Assembly: GCA_045590935.1 (NCBI GenBank)
Contig: JAZNSA010000139.1
Span: forward strand, 1 to 41,481
DNA length: 41,481 nucleotides
Source: Clostridia bacterium
Lineage (GTDB): Bacteria; Bacillota; Clostridia; UBA1381; UMGS1253
Reading direction: 5' to 3'
Below the pieces are notes generated by a model that made no database searches, had not been told where the DNA came from, and saw only the letters and a list, made by a program, of their open reading frames with translations. The position numbers were made by a program, and so were the translations under genes. This document shows positions 18,208 to 26,471 of this stretch, one piece after another. Numbering within the stretch: the first letter of the stretch is position 1; each line of letters opens with the position of its first letter.

Positions 18208-18311
18208 GCGATATAAATTCCAGACGGAATTAGCGATATGTATTTCATACGCGATATATCTACGATGCGATATGTTGCTTTGCAACGAGAAAAGGAATTT
18301 ATAGTATATCG
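18208..18311 (+). repeat. GCGATAT-hairpin array (4 units)
   Basis: GCGATAT at 18208, 18233, 18251 and 18267, each followed by a different mini-hairpin; inverted ATATCG at 18306. Confidence 0.8.
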
Positions 18312-18330
18312 AAAAAGAAATGAAAGGAGC

Positions 18331-18411
18331 GTGCATACCATTGACCCGAAAGCCTTTATGACAATTTCAGAGGTTGCAGATGTTTTTACGTATGCACACG
18401 CAAAAGAGTGA
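18331..18411 (+). pseudogene. 3' remnant of a YitT-family (DUF2179) gene
   Basis: VHTIDPKAFMTISEVADVFTYAHAKE* resembles the IDPxAF..SEV C-terminal motif of YitT proteins; no upstream coding part. Confidence 0.55.
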
Positions 18412-18458
18412 TTGATTTTTATTTGGTTTGAATAAAATATGGGGTGAGGCGTTGAAAA

Positions 18459-19379
18459 ATGAATATATTACATATGAAATATGCTTATGAAGTAGCAAAG
18501 CATGGCTCTCTCGGCAAAGCCTCGGAAAAGCTTTTTATTGCTGTTCCGAATTTGAGCCGTTCAATTAAAGAGCTTGAGGCTGACTTAAATATAACAATTT
18601 TTGACAGAACTGCAAAGGGAATGCGCCTAACGCCCGACGGCGAGCAGTTTATGAATTATGCAAAAAGCATACTCGGGCAAATTGAAGAAGTAGAAAATGT
18701 GTATAAAGAGGGGTGCACACCAAAGCAGAAGTTTTCAATTTCGGTTCCTCGCGCTTGCTATATTTCAGATGCTTTTGCAGAGTTTACAAGGTCGCTTTCT
18801 TCTGAGGATGCCGAAATATTTTATAAAGAAACAAACTCTGAGCGAGCAATTAATAATATTTTGAATCATGATTATAAGCTTGGAATTGTTCGCTATGCTG
18901 AAAATTATGACCAATATTTTAGGCAGATGCTTGAAGAAAAGGGGTTTTCGTATGAGACGGTAGTTGAGTTTTCGTATCGGCTGATTATGAGCAAAAACCA
19001 TCCTCTTGCAAAAAAGGAAGAAATTTCGTATGATGATTTATGCGAGTATATCGAAATAGCTCATGCTGACCCATACGTTCCATCTTTGCCGATGTCAAAG
19101 GTTATTAAGGCGGAGCTGCCCGACAATATAAAAAGGCGTATTTTTATTTTTGAAAGAGCAAGTCAGTTTGATTTGCTATCAAAGAATAATCAAACGTTTA
19201 TGTGGGTATCGTTAACGCCTGACAGCGTTTTGGAAAGATATGATTTGGTGCAGAAAAAATGTGCGGAAAACAAGAAAATATATAAGGATGTTTTGATTTA
19301 TAAAAGCGGATATAAGCTTACGAAGCTGGATAAGGATTTTATAACGTCGCTTTGCGATGCGAAAAGGAAATATTTATAA
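18459..19379 (+). CDS. LysR-family transcriptional regulator
   Basis: N-terminal HTH GSLGKASEKLFIAVPNLSRSIKELE..IFDRTAKGMRLTPDG; about 300 aa. Confidence 0.93.
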   Translation: MNILHMKYAYEVAKHGSLGKASEKLFIAVPNLSRSIKELEADLNITIFDRTAKGMRLTPDGEQFMNYAKSILGQIEEVENVYKEGCTPKQKFSISVPRACYISDAFAEFTRSLSSEDAEIFYKETNSERAINNILNHDYKLGIVRYAENYDQYFRQMLEEKGFSYETVVEFSYRLIMSKNHPLAKKEEISYDDLCEYIEIAHADPYVPSLPMSKVIKAELPDNIKRRIFIFERASQFDLLSKNNQTFMWVSLTPDSVLERYDLVQKKCAENKKIYKDVLIYKSGYKLTKLDKDFITSLCDAKRKYL

Positions 19380-19393
19380 TAACTTTTTATTTG

Positions 19394-19427
19394 AAGTGGG
19401 TATTATCGAAAAGGATAATACCCACTT
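19394..19427. promoter_or_regulatory. 14-bp perfect inverted repeat: candidate LysR site and/or terminator
   Basis: aagtgggtattatc-gaaaag-gataatacccactt; contains T-N11-A; centred about 65 bp upstream of the predicted adhE start site. Confidence 0.5.
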
Positions 19428-19440
19428 AACATTTTAAGAA

Positions 19441-19477
19441 TTGTAAATCATAAAAAAGTTTGTTATAATTTTAACAA
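19441..19477 (+). promoter_or_regulatory. adhE sigma-A promoter overlapped by a Rex-like operator
   Basis: TTGTAA(19441)-17 nt-TATAAT(19464); TTGTTATAATTTTAACAA (19460-19477) fits the clostridial Rex consensus TTGTTAANNNNTTAACAA with one mismatch. Confidence 0.75.
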
Positions 19478-19594
19478 GCGCTAAGGAAAAGAGATAAGGT
19501 AAGCGGAAGATAAAATGAGTAAGAAAGAAAAGCTTGCGTTATCTGGGCGTTTGAAAATCAATAAATTTGTATTTTAAATAGGAGGAGAAATATA

Positions 19595-22297
19595 ATGGAA
19601 AACAAAACGTATGAAATTATCGACAGTGTGGAAAAGCTTGAAGCTGCTCTTGGAAATTTGAAAAAGGCTCAAAGAGAGTTTGCAAAATTTTCTCAAGAGC
19701 AGGTTGACAAAATTTTCTTAGCAGCTGCATCTGCCGCAAACAAAGCCAGAATTCCTTTGGCGAAGATGGCGGTAGAGGAAACGGGTATGGGTATAGTTGA
19801 AGATAAGGTTATTAAAAATAACTATGCTGCAGAGTATATCTACAACGCATATAAGGATACAAAAACGTGCGGAGTAGTTGAGGAAGATAAGGCTTTCGGA
19901 ATTAAAAAAATTGCTGAACCTATTGGCGTTGTTGCCGCAGTTATTCCTACTACAAACCCAACATCAACTGCAATATTTAAATGCTTATTAGCACTTAAAA
20001 CAAGAAATGCGATTATAATTTCTCCTCATCCAAGAGCGAAGAATTGTACGATTGCAGCTGCAAAGCTTGTTTTAGAGGCGGCAGTTAGTGCAGGTGCTCC
20101 GAAGGGAATAATAGATTGGATTGACATTCCGTCGTTAGAGATGACAAATGTTGTTATGAAAGAAGCAGATATAATTCTTGCAACAGGCGGTCCGGGAATG
20201 GTTAAAGCCGCATATTCAAGCGGAAAGCCCGCTCTTGGAGTTGGAGCAGGAAATACCCCTGCTATCATTGATGACAGTGCGGATATTCTTTTGGCAGTAA
20301 ACTCTATTATTCATTCAAAAACCTTTGATAATGGTATGATTTGTGCATCTGAGCAGTCTGTAATAGTTCTTGAGGGTGTATATGATATAGTAAGAGAAGA
20401 ATTTGCAAACAGAGGATGCTACTTCCTTAATGAGCAAGAAATAGAAAAGGTAAGAAAAACAATTATTATAAATGGTGCTCTAAATGCGAAAATTGTTGGA
20501 CAGAAAGCAGCAAAAATAGCGGAGCTTGCAGGCGTTAGCGTTCCTGAGGGAACAAAAATATTGATAGGCGAAGTTGAAAGCGTAGAAATTTCAGAAGAAT
20601 TTGCACACGAAAAGCTTTCTCCTGTTCTTGCAATGTATAAGGCTAAAGATTTTGAAGATGCTCTTACAAAGGCAGAACAGCTTGTTGCTGATGGCGGATA
20701 TGGACATACATCTTCTGTATACCTTAATGAGATAAATGAAACTGAAAAGCTTGCTGAGTTCAGCGCAAGAATGAAGACTTGTCGTATATTGGTTAATACG
20801 CCTTCTTCTCAAGGCGGTATCGGAGACCTTTACAACTTTAAGCTTGCTCCGTCATTAACTTTAGGTTGCGGTTCTTGGGGAGGAAACTCGGTTTCGGATA
20901 ATGTTGGCGTAAAACATCTTTTAAATATTAAAACAGGTGCAGAAAGAAGGGAAAATATGCTTTGGTTCAGAGCTCCTGAAAAGGTATATATCAAGAAAGG
21001 ATGCTTGCCTGTTGCACTTGATGAGCTTAAAAATGTTATGGGCAAAAAGAGAGTATTTATCGTAACAGATACATTCCTTTATGAAAACGGATATACAAAA
21101 CCGATTACCGATAAGTTAGACGAAATGGGCATTGCGCATACATCCTTCTTTGATGTTCAGCCTGACCCAACGCTTCTAAATGCAAAAAATGGTGCGGCAC
21201 AGATGTCGGCATTTAAACCTGATACTATTATTGCATTGGGTGGCGGAAGTGCGATGGATGCGGCAAAGATAATGTGGGTTCTATATGAGCATCCCGAAGC
21301 GGATTTCATGGATATGGCAATGAGATTTATTGATATAAGAAAAAGAGTTTATACCTTCCCTAAAATGGGTGAGAAAGCGTACTTTATCGCTATCCCTACA
21401 TCTGCAGGAACAGGCTCAGAGGTAACACCTTTTGCAGTTATAACAGACGAGCAAACAGGCGTTAAATATCCTCTTGCTGATTATGAGCTTTTGCCGAATA
21501 TGGCAATTATTGATACAGATTTTCATATGTCTGCACCAAAAGGTTTAACTGCAGCATCGGGTATTGATGCGGTTACTCATGCGGTTGAGGCATACGCTGC
21601 AATGCTTGCAACAGATTATACAGACGGTTTGGCACTAAAGGCGCTAAAGACAATTTTTGAGTATTTGCCAAGAGCGTATGAAAATGGACAGACAGACGTT
21701 TTGGCAAGAGAGAAAATGGCAAATGCGGCTACGATGGCAGGTATGGCGTTTGCGAATGCATTTTTGGGAGTTTGTCATTCAATGGCACATAAGCTTGGTG
21801 CTTTCCACCACCTGCCACACGGCATTGCAAATGCTCTTATGATTGAAGAAGTATTAAGATTTAACGCTGCAGAAGCACCTGTTAAAATGGGTACTTTCTC
21901 GCAGTATGACTACCCGCATACTCTCAGTCGTTATGCTGAAATTGCAGACTATCTCGGCTTGGGTGGCAAAAACGATAGCGAAAAGCTTGAAAACCTTATT
22001 AAGGCAATTAATGAGCTTAAAGCAAGGGTTGGAATTAAAGATACAATTAAGGAATACGGAATTGATGAAAAAGATTTCTTAGATAGACTTGATGAAATGA
22101 CAGAGCAAGCATTTGACGACCAGTGCACAGGCGCAAACCCACGTTACCCACTTATGAGCGAAATTAAGCAGATGTATCTTAATGCATATTATGGCAAGCA
22201 TTTTGAAGAACCAAAAATGCCCAATGCCAATGATGCGGCAAAAGAAACAAAAGGCGATGCGGTAAAAAAAGCTTACCGCAAAAGCAAGAATGCGTAA
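19595..22297 (+). CDS. adhE: Bifunctional acetaldehyde-CoA/alcohol dehydrogenase
   Basis: PTTNPTST, ATGGPGMV, FDNGMICASEQ, GCGSWGGNS linker, GGGSAMDAAK, HSMAHKLG. Confidence 0.98.
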   Translation: MENKTYEIIDSVEKLEAALGNLKKAQREFAKFSQEQVDKIFLAAASAANKARIPLAKMAVEETGMGIVEDKVIKNNYAAEYIYNAYKDTKTCGVVEEDKAFGIKKIAEPIGVVAAVIPTTNPTSTAIFKCLLALKTRNAIIISPHPRAKNCTIAAAKLVLEAAVSAGAPKGIIDWIDIPSLEMTNVVMKEADIILATGGPGMVKAAYSSGKPALGVGAGNTPAIIDDSADILLAVNSIIHSKTFDNGMICASEQSVIVLEGVYDIVREEFANRGCYFLNEQEIEKVRKTIIINGALNAKIVGQKAAKIAELAGVSVPEGTKILIGEVESVEISEEFAHEKLSPVLAMYKAKDFEDALTKAEQLVADGGYGHTSSVYLNEINETEKLAEFSARMKTCRILVNTPSSQGGIGDLYNFKLAPSLTLGCGSWGGNSVSDNVGVKHLLNIKTGAERRENMLWFRAPEKVYIKKGCLPVALDELKNVMGKKRVFIVTDTFLYENGYTKPITDKLDEMGIAHTSFFDVQPDPTLLNAKNGAAQMSAFKPDTIIALGGGSAMDAAKIMWVLYEHPEADFMDMAMRFIDIRKRVYTFPKMGEKAYFIAIPTSAGTGSEVTPFAVITDEQTGVKYPLADYELLPNMAIIDTDFHMSAPKGLTAASGIDAVTHAVEAYAAMLATDYTDGLALKALKTIFEYLPRAYENGQTDVLAREKMANAATMAGMAFANAFLGVCHSMAHKLGAFHHLPHGIANALMIEEVLRFNAAEAPVKMGTFSQYDYPHTLSRYAEIADYLGLGGKNDSEKLENLIKAINELKARVGIKDTIKEYGIDEKDFLDRLDEMTEQAFDDQCTGANPRYPLMSEIKQMYLNAYYGKHFEEPKMPNANDAAKETKGDAVKKAYRKSKNA

Positions 22298-22306
22298 GTC
22301 ATAAGA

Positions 22307-23071
22307 ATGGAGGAGAAAATAATGAAACTTGATAGAGTAATTGCTGTAAGAAATAATAAAACAATTTATCGTGATGGAGAAAAGTGTGTAAAGGTTTTTG
22401 ATAATCACTATTCAAAGGCTGACGTTTTAAACGAGGCGCTTAATCAGGCAAGAATAGAGGAAACGGGACTTAATATTCCTAAAATTTTAGAAGTAACAAT
22501 GCTTGATGGCAAATGGGCAATTGTATCGGAGTATATTAAGGGCAAAACCTTAAGTCAGCTTATGGAAGAAAATCCTGATAAGAAGGACGAATACCTTGAG
22601 CTTTTTGTAGATTTGCAAATTGATGTTCATTCAAGAACGTGTCCTCTTTTAAACAAGCTCAAAGACAAAATGAACAAAAAAATCAGTATGTCAGAAATTG
22701 ATGCAACAACACGCTACGACCTTCACACTCGTCTTGAGGGAATGCCTAAGCATGCTAAAGTTTGTCATGGCGATTTTAACCCTTCAAATATTATTATCAC
22801 AGACGATGGAGTACCGTATATATTAGACTGGGCGCACGCAACTCAGGGAAATGCATCTGCAGATGCCGCAAGAACGTATCTTCTTTTCTGGCTGAATGGC
22901 GATATAGAGGGCGCAAAAAAGTATCTTGATTTGTTCTGCGAAAAGAGCGATACTGCTAAACAGTATGTGCAAAAGTGGATGCCTATTGTTGCAGCTTCGC
23001 AATCTGTTAAAGGCAATGAGAAAGAAAGAGAATTCCTTCTTTCATGGATTGATGTAGTAGACTATGAATAA
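22307..23071 (+). CDS. APH/protein-kinase-like phosphotransferase
   Basis: CHGDFNPSNI catalytic loop and ILDW motif; start may be ATG 22322. Confidence 0.85.
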   Translation: MEEKIMKLDRVIAVRNNKTIYRDGEKCVKVFDNHYSKADVLNEALNQARIEETGLNIPKILEVTMLDGKWAIVSEYIKGKTLSQLMEENPDKKDEYLELFVDLQIDVHSRTCPLLNKLKDKMNKKISMSEIDATTRYDLHTRLEGMPKHAKVCHGDFNPSNIIITDDGVPYILDWAHATQGNASADAARTYLLFWLNGDIEGAKKYLDLFCEKSDTAKQYVQKWMPIVAASQSVKGNEKEREFLLSWIDVVDYE

Positions 23072-23112
23072 GACTATTTGATTAAAGAATAAAAACAGAG
23101 AGGAAAATCATT

Positions 23113-23352
23113 ATGAAAATAACAGTTTGTATAGGAAGTTCTTGTCATATTAAGGGTTCACGCCAGGTAGTTGAGCAGCTTCAGTATCTTGTAGATAAAA
23201 ATAAGCTTGGAGATAAGGTAGAGCTTGCGGGAACATTTTGTATGGGTAAATGCCAGCAGGGCGTTTGCGTAACAGTTGATGAAAAGTTTCATTCAGTAAC
23301 CCCTGAAACTGTAGAAGAATTTTTTAACAAGGAAGTTTTGGTAAACTTTTAA
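23113..23352 (+). CDS. Thioredoxin-like [2Fe-2S] ferredoxin (NuoE/HfsA-like), copy 1
   Basis: VCIGSSCHIKGS..FCMGKC. Confidence 0.88.
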   Translation: MKITVCIGSSCHIKGSRQVVEQLQYLVDKNKLGDKVELAGTFCMGKCQQGVCVTVDEKFHSVTPETVEEFFNKEVLVNF

Positions 23353-23612
23353 TGCTTATACAGATTTGCGTAGGAAGCTCGTGCCATTTAAAGGGCTCGC
23401 CTGAGATAGTTGAGCTTTTTAAGGAATATGTAGAAAAGAATAATCTGACAGATGAAATTACACTTGCCGGTAGCTTTTGTATTGGTAAGTGTAATCGAGT
23501 AGGGGTTACTGTGCAGATAGATGATGTTATTCATACGGGTGTAACACGAGAAGACTTTAAGGAGTTTTTTACAGAAAATGTTTTAAATGTAATTGCTGAG
23601 GAAAGGAAGTAA
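23352..23612 (+). CDS. Thioredoxin-like [2Fe-2S] ferredoxin (NuoE/HfsA-like), copy 2
   Basis: ICVGSSCHLKGS..FCIGKC; TAATG overlap with the previous gene. Confidence 0.88.
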   Translation: MLIQICVGSSCHLKGSPEIVELFKEYVEKNNLTDEITLAGSFCIGKCNRVGVTVQIDDVIHTGVTREDFKEFFTENVLNVIAEERK

Positions 23613-23618
23613 TGAAGA

Positions 23619-25295
23619 ATGCCGAATTGTTTAACTCTTAAAAAATCGAATTGTAAGAATTGTTATAAATGCATTCGTCATTGTCCTGTAAAATCCATTC
23701 GCTTTTCGGGAAATCAGGCGCACATTATAGGCAATGAGTGCATCCTTTGCGGTCAGTGCTTTGTTGTATGTCCGCAAAATGCGAAACAAATTGCTACTGA
23801 GCTTGAAAAGGCAAAGGTGTTGGTGCAAGGAAGTGAGCCCGTTATTGTTTCGCTTGCACCGTCGTTTGTAGCAAATTATGATTTAGTAGGCATTAATTCT
23901 ATGCGTGATGCCCTTCAAAAGCTTGGATTTTATGATGTTGAAGAAACTGCAATTGGCGCAACAATTGTAAAAAAAGAATATGAGAGAATATTGAGGGAAG
24001 AAGAAAGAGATATTGTTATTTCTTCGTGCTGTCATTCTATAAATCTGCTTATTCAAAAGCATTTCCCAAAAACACTTGGATATCTTGCGGATGTTGTTTC
24101 ACCGATGCAAGCGCATTGTAAGGATATAAAGAAACGCTATCCCAATGCAAAAACTGTTTTTATTGGGCCGTGCGTTGCAAAAAAGGATGAGGCTGAATAC
24201 TATGAGGGTATTGTTGATGCGGTTTTGACCTTTGAGGAGCTGACGCAGTGGCTGAAAGAGGAAAATATAGAGCTTAAGGAAGGCAGAGATTATACTGAGG
24301 AGAGCAGGGCACGTTTCTTCCCGACAACGGGCGGCATACTAAAGACGATGGAGCCTGAAATTGAAGGGTATACCTATTTTGCTCTGGACGGCGTTGAAAA
24401 TTGTATGGCGGCACTTAAGGATATAGAAAGCGGTAAAATTCATAAATGCTTTATAGAGATGTCGGCTTGCGTAGGCAGCTGCGTTGGCGGACCTGTTATG
24501 GAAAAATTTCATAGATTGCCAATAAAGGATTATGTGTCTGTTTCAAGCTATGCGGGCAAGAAGGATTTTGATGTTGCGCCTGTAAAGGCGGTGGAGCTCA
24601 AGAAAAACTTTTCATATATAGACCATAGATTGCAGCAGCCAACGGAAACGGAAATTTCTAATGTTTTAAGGCAAATGGGTAAATTTAAAACGTCTCAGGA
24701 GCTAAACTGCGGGTCGTGCGGATATAATACTTGCAGAGAGAAGGCTATTGCAATTTATCAGGGAAAAGCAGAAATATCTATGTGCCTTCCTTTCTTGAAG
24801 GACAAGGCAGAGAGCTTTTCCGACAGCATTGTAAACAATACGCCAAACGGAATTATTGTTCTTAACGAAGAATTGGAGGTTCAGCAGCTTAACAGAGCGG
24901 CTCGCAGTATTATGAATATACGCTCAAACTCTGACGTTTTAGGTGAGCCTGTTATTCGCATTTTGGACCCTGTTTCATTTATGCATGTTAAAAATACGGG
25001 AGAGAGCATAAAAAATCAAAGAACATATTTTGCAGAATATAAAAAGTATGTTGAGCAGACTATAGTCTACGACAATGAATCTAAGCTTTTAATCGGAATT
25101 ATGAGAGATGTAACCGATGAAGAAATTCAAAAAGAGAAAAAAGAAAATATAAGTCGTCATACTATAGAGGTTGCCGACAAGGTTGTTGACAAGCAGATGC
25201 GTATAGTTCAGGAAATTGCATCGCTTCTCGGTGAAACAGCCGCAGAAACAAAAATTGCATTATCAAAATTAAAGGAGACGATTGCGGATGAATGA
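23619..25295 (+). CDS. Putative sensory [FeFe]-hydrogenase with PAS domain (HydS/HfsB-like)
   Basis: Two [4Fe-4S] motifs; H-cluster motifs SSCCHS, GPCVAKKDE, EMSACVGSCVGG; NCGSCGYNTC FeS motif; C-terminal PAS (NTPNGIIVLN). Confidence 0.9.
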   Translation: MPNCLTLKKSNCKNCYKCIRHCPVKSIRFSGNQAHIIGNECILCGQCFVVCPQNAKQIATELEKAKVLVQGSEPVIVSLAPSFVANYDLVGINSMRDALQKLGFYDVEETAIGATIVKKEYERILREEERDIVISSCCHSINLLIQKHFPKTLGYLADVVSPMQAHCKDIKKRYPNAKTVFIGPCVAKKDEAEYYEGIVDAVLTFEELTQWLKEENIELKEGRDYTEESRARFFPTTGGILKTMEPEIEGYTYFALDGVENCMAALKDIESGKIHKCFIEMSACVGSCVGGPVMEKFHRLPIKDYVSVSSYAGKKDFDVAPVKAVELKKNFSYIDHRLQQPTETEISNVLRQMGKFKTSQELNCGSCGYNTCREKAIAIYQGKAEISMCLPFLKDKAESFSDSIVNNTPNGIIVLNEELEVQQLNRAARSIMNIRSNSDVLGEPVIRILDPVSFMHVKNTGESIKNQRTYFAEYKKYVEQTIVYDNESKLLIGIMRDVTDEEIQKEKKENISRHTIEVADKVVDKQMRIVQEIASLLGETAAETKIALSKLKETIADE

Positions 25296-26460
25296 TTTAT
25301 GTGCGGATATTGGATACAAAAGTATAAATCATTATGGCGAAGAGCTTTGCGGCGACCATGTTGATGTAATTGAACAGGACGATAATTCTACTGTTATCGT
25401 GCTTGCAGATGGACTTGGCAGCGGTGTTAAAGCAAGTATTTTGTCTACGCTTACGTCTAAAATTATTTCTACAATGATGGCACAGGGGCTTTCTTTGGAG
25501 GATTGCGTTTCAACCATTGCGGCAACGTTGCCTGTTTGTTCGGTGAGAGGGGTTGCGTATTCAACCTTTACAATACTTCATTTGCTGAAAAATGAAACTA
25601 TGGAAATTATGCAATACGATAATCCTCATGTTGTTGTCATAAGAGATTTTAAAAGCTATGATTACCCTAAAACGGAAATGAATGTTGAGGGTAAAAAAAT
25701 ATATAAAACAACTATCAAGCTTCGGGAAAATGATATTTTTGTTGCTATGAGTGATGGTTGTCCGCACGCAGGTATCGGACTTGCATATAACTTCGGATGG
25801 AAAAGGGAGGACATTGTTGAATTTATAGAAACTATTTCTATTGCGGGATATACGGCAAAGAACCTGTCAACAATGCTTATAGATGAATGTGATAAGCTAT
25901 ATGGCGGAAAGCCGGGTGATGATGCAACGGCGTGTATAGTTAAAATCAGAAAAAGAGAGCCTATGAATATTTTGTTTGGACCGCCTTCAAATCGTGATGA
26001 TGCGGATAGAATGATGTCTTTATTTTTTTCAAAAGAAGGAAAGCATATTATTTGCGGGGGAACAACATCTTCTATTGCTTCAAAGTACCTTGGCAAACCG
26101 ATAGAGGCATCGCTCAATTTTGAAGAATCCGATGTTCCGCCAATAGCGCATATAGATGGCGTTGACCTCGTTACAGAGGGCGTTATTACAATGAATCGCG
26201 TAATTGAATATGCGAAGGATTATTTGGGGGAAAATGAAATGTACGAAAAGTGGAATTTCAAAAGGGATGGTGCATCGCTTATTTGTCAGCTGCTTTTTGA
26301 AGAAGCAACAGATATTAATTTTTATGTGGGAAGAGCAATAAATCCTGCTCATCAAAATCCTGACCTTCCAATAAATTTCAATATAAAAATGAATCTTGTT
26401 GAAGAGCTTTCAAAAAGCCTTCGCAAAATGGGAAAAAGGATAAAGGTAAGCTATTTTTAA
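25288..26460 (+). CDS. SpoIIE-like PP2C Ser/Thr phosphatase (HfsC-like)
   Basis: LCGD, LADGLGSG, MSDG, PGDDAT; ATG 25288 overlaps the upstream gene end. Confidence 0.9.
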   Translation: MNDLCADIGYKSINHYGEELCGDHVDVIEQDDNSTVIVLADGLGSGVKASILSTLTSKIISTMMAQGLSLEDCVSTIAATLPVCSVRGVAYSTFTILHLLKNETMEIMQYDNPHVVVIRDFKSYDYPKTEMNVEGKKIYKTTIKLRENDIFVAMSDGCPHAGIGLAYNFGWKREDIVEFIETISIAGYTAKNLSTMLIDECDKLYGGKPGDDATACIVKIRKREPMNILFGPPSNRDDADRMMSLFFSKEGKHIICGGTTSSIASKYLGKPIEASLNFEESDVPPIAHIDGVDLVTEGVITMNRVIEYAKDYLGENEMYEKWNFKRDGASLICQLLFEEATDINFYVGRAINPAHQNPDLPINFNIKMNLVEELSKSLRKMGKRIKVSYF

Positions 26461-26471
26461 GGAGGATTGAA

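Noticed and set aside
17998-18311. Repeat-spacer pattern as a CRISPR array (also 30421-30579)
   Set aside because: The constant part is only 7 nt, the variable parts are 9-18-nt hairpins, the arms are inverted, and no cas genes are present
19515-19577. 20-codon ORF in the adhE leader
   Set aside because: Weak RBS, and no associated structure or telling codon content
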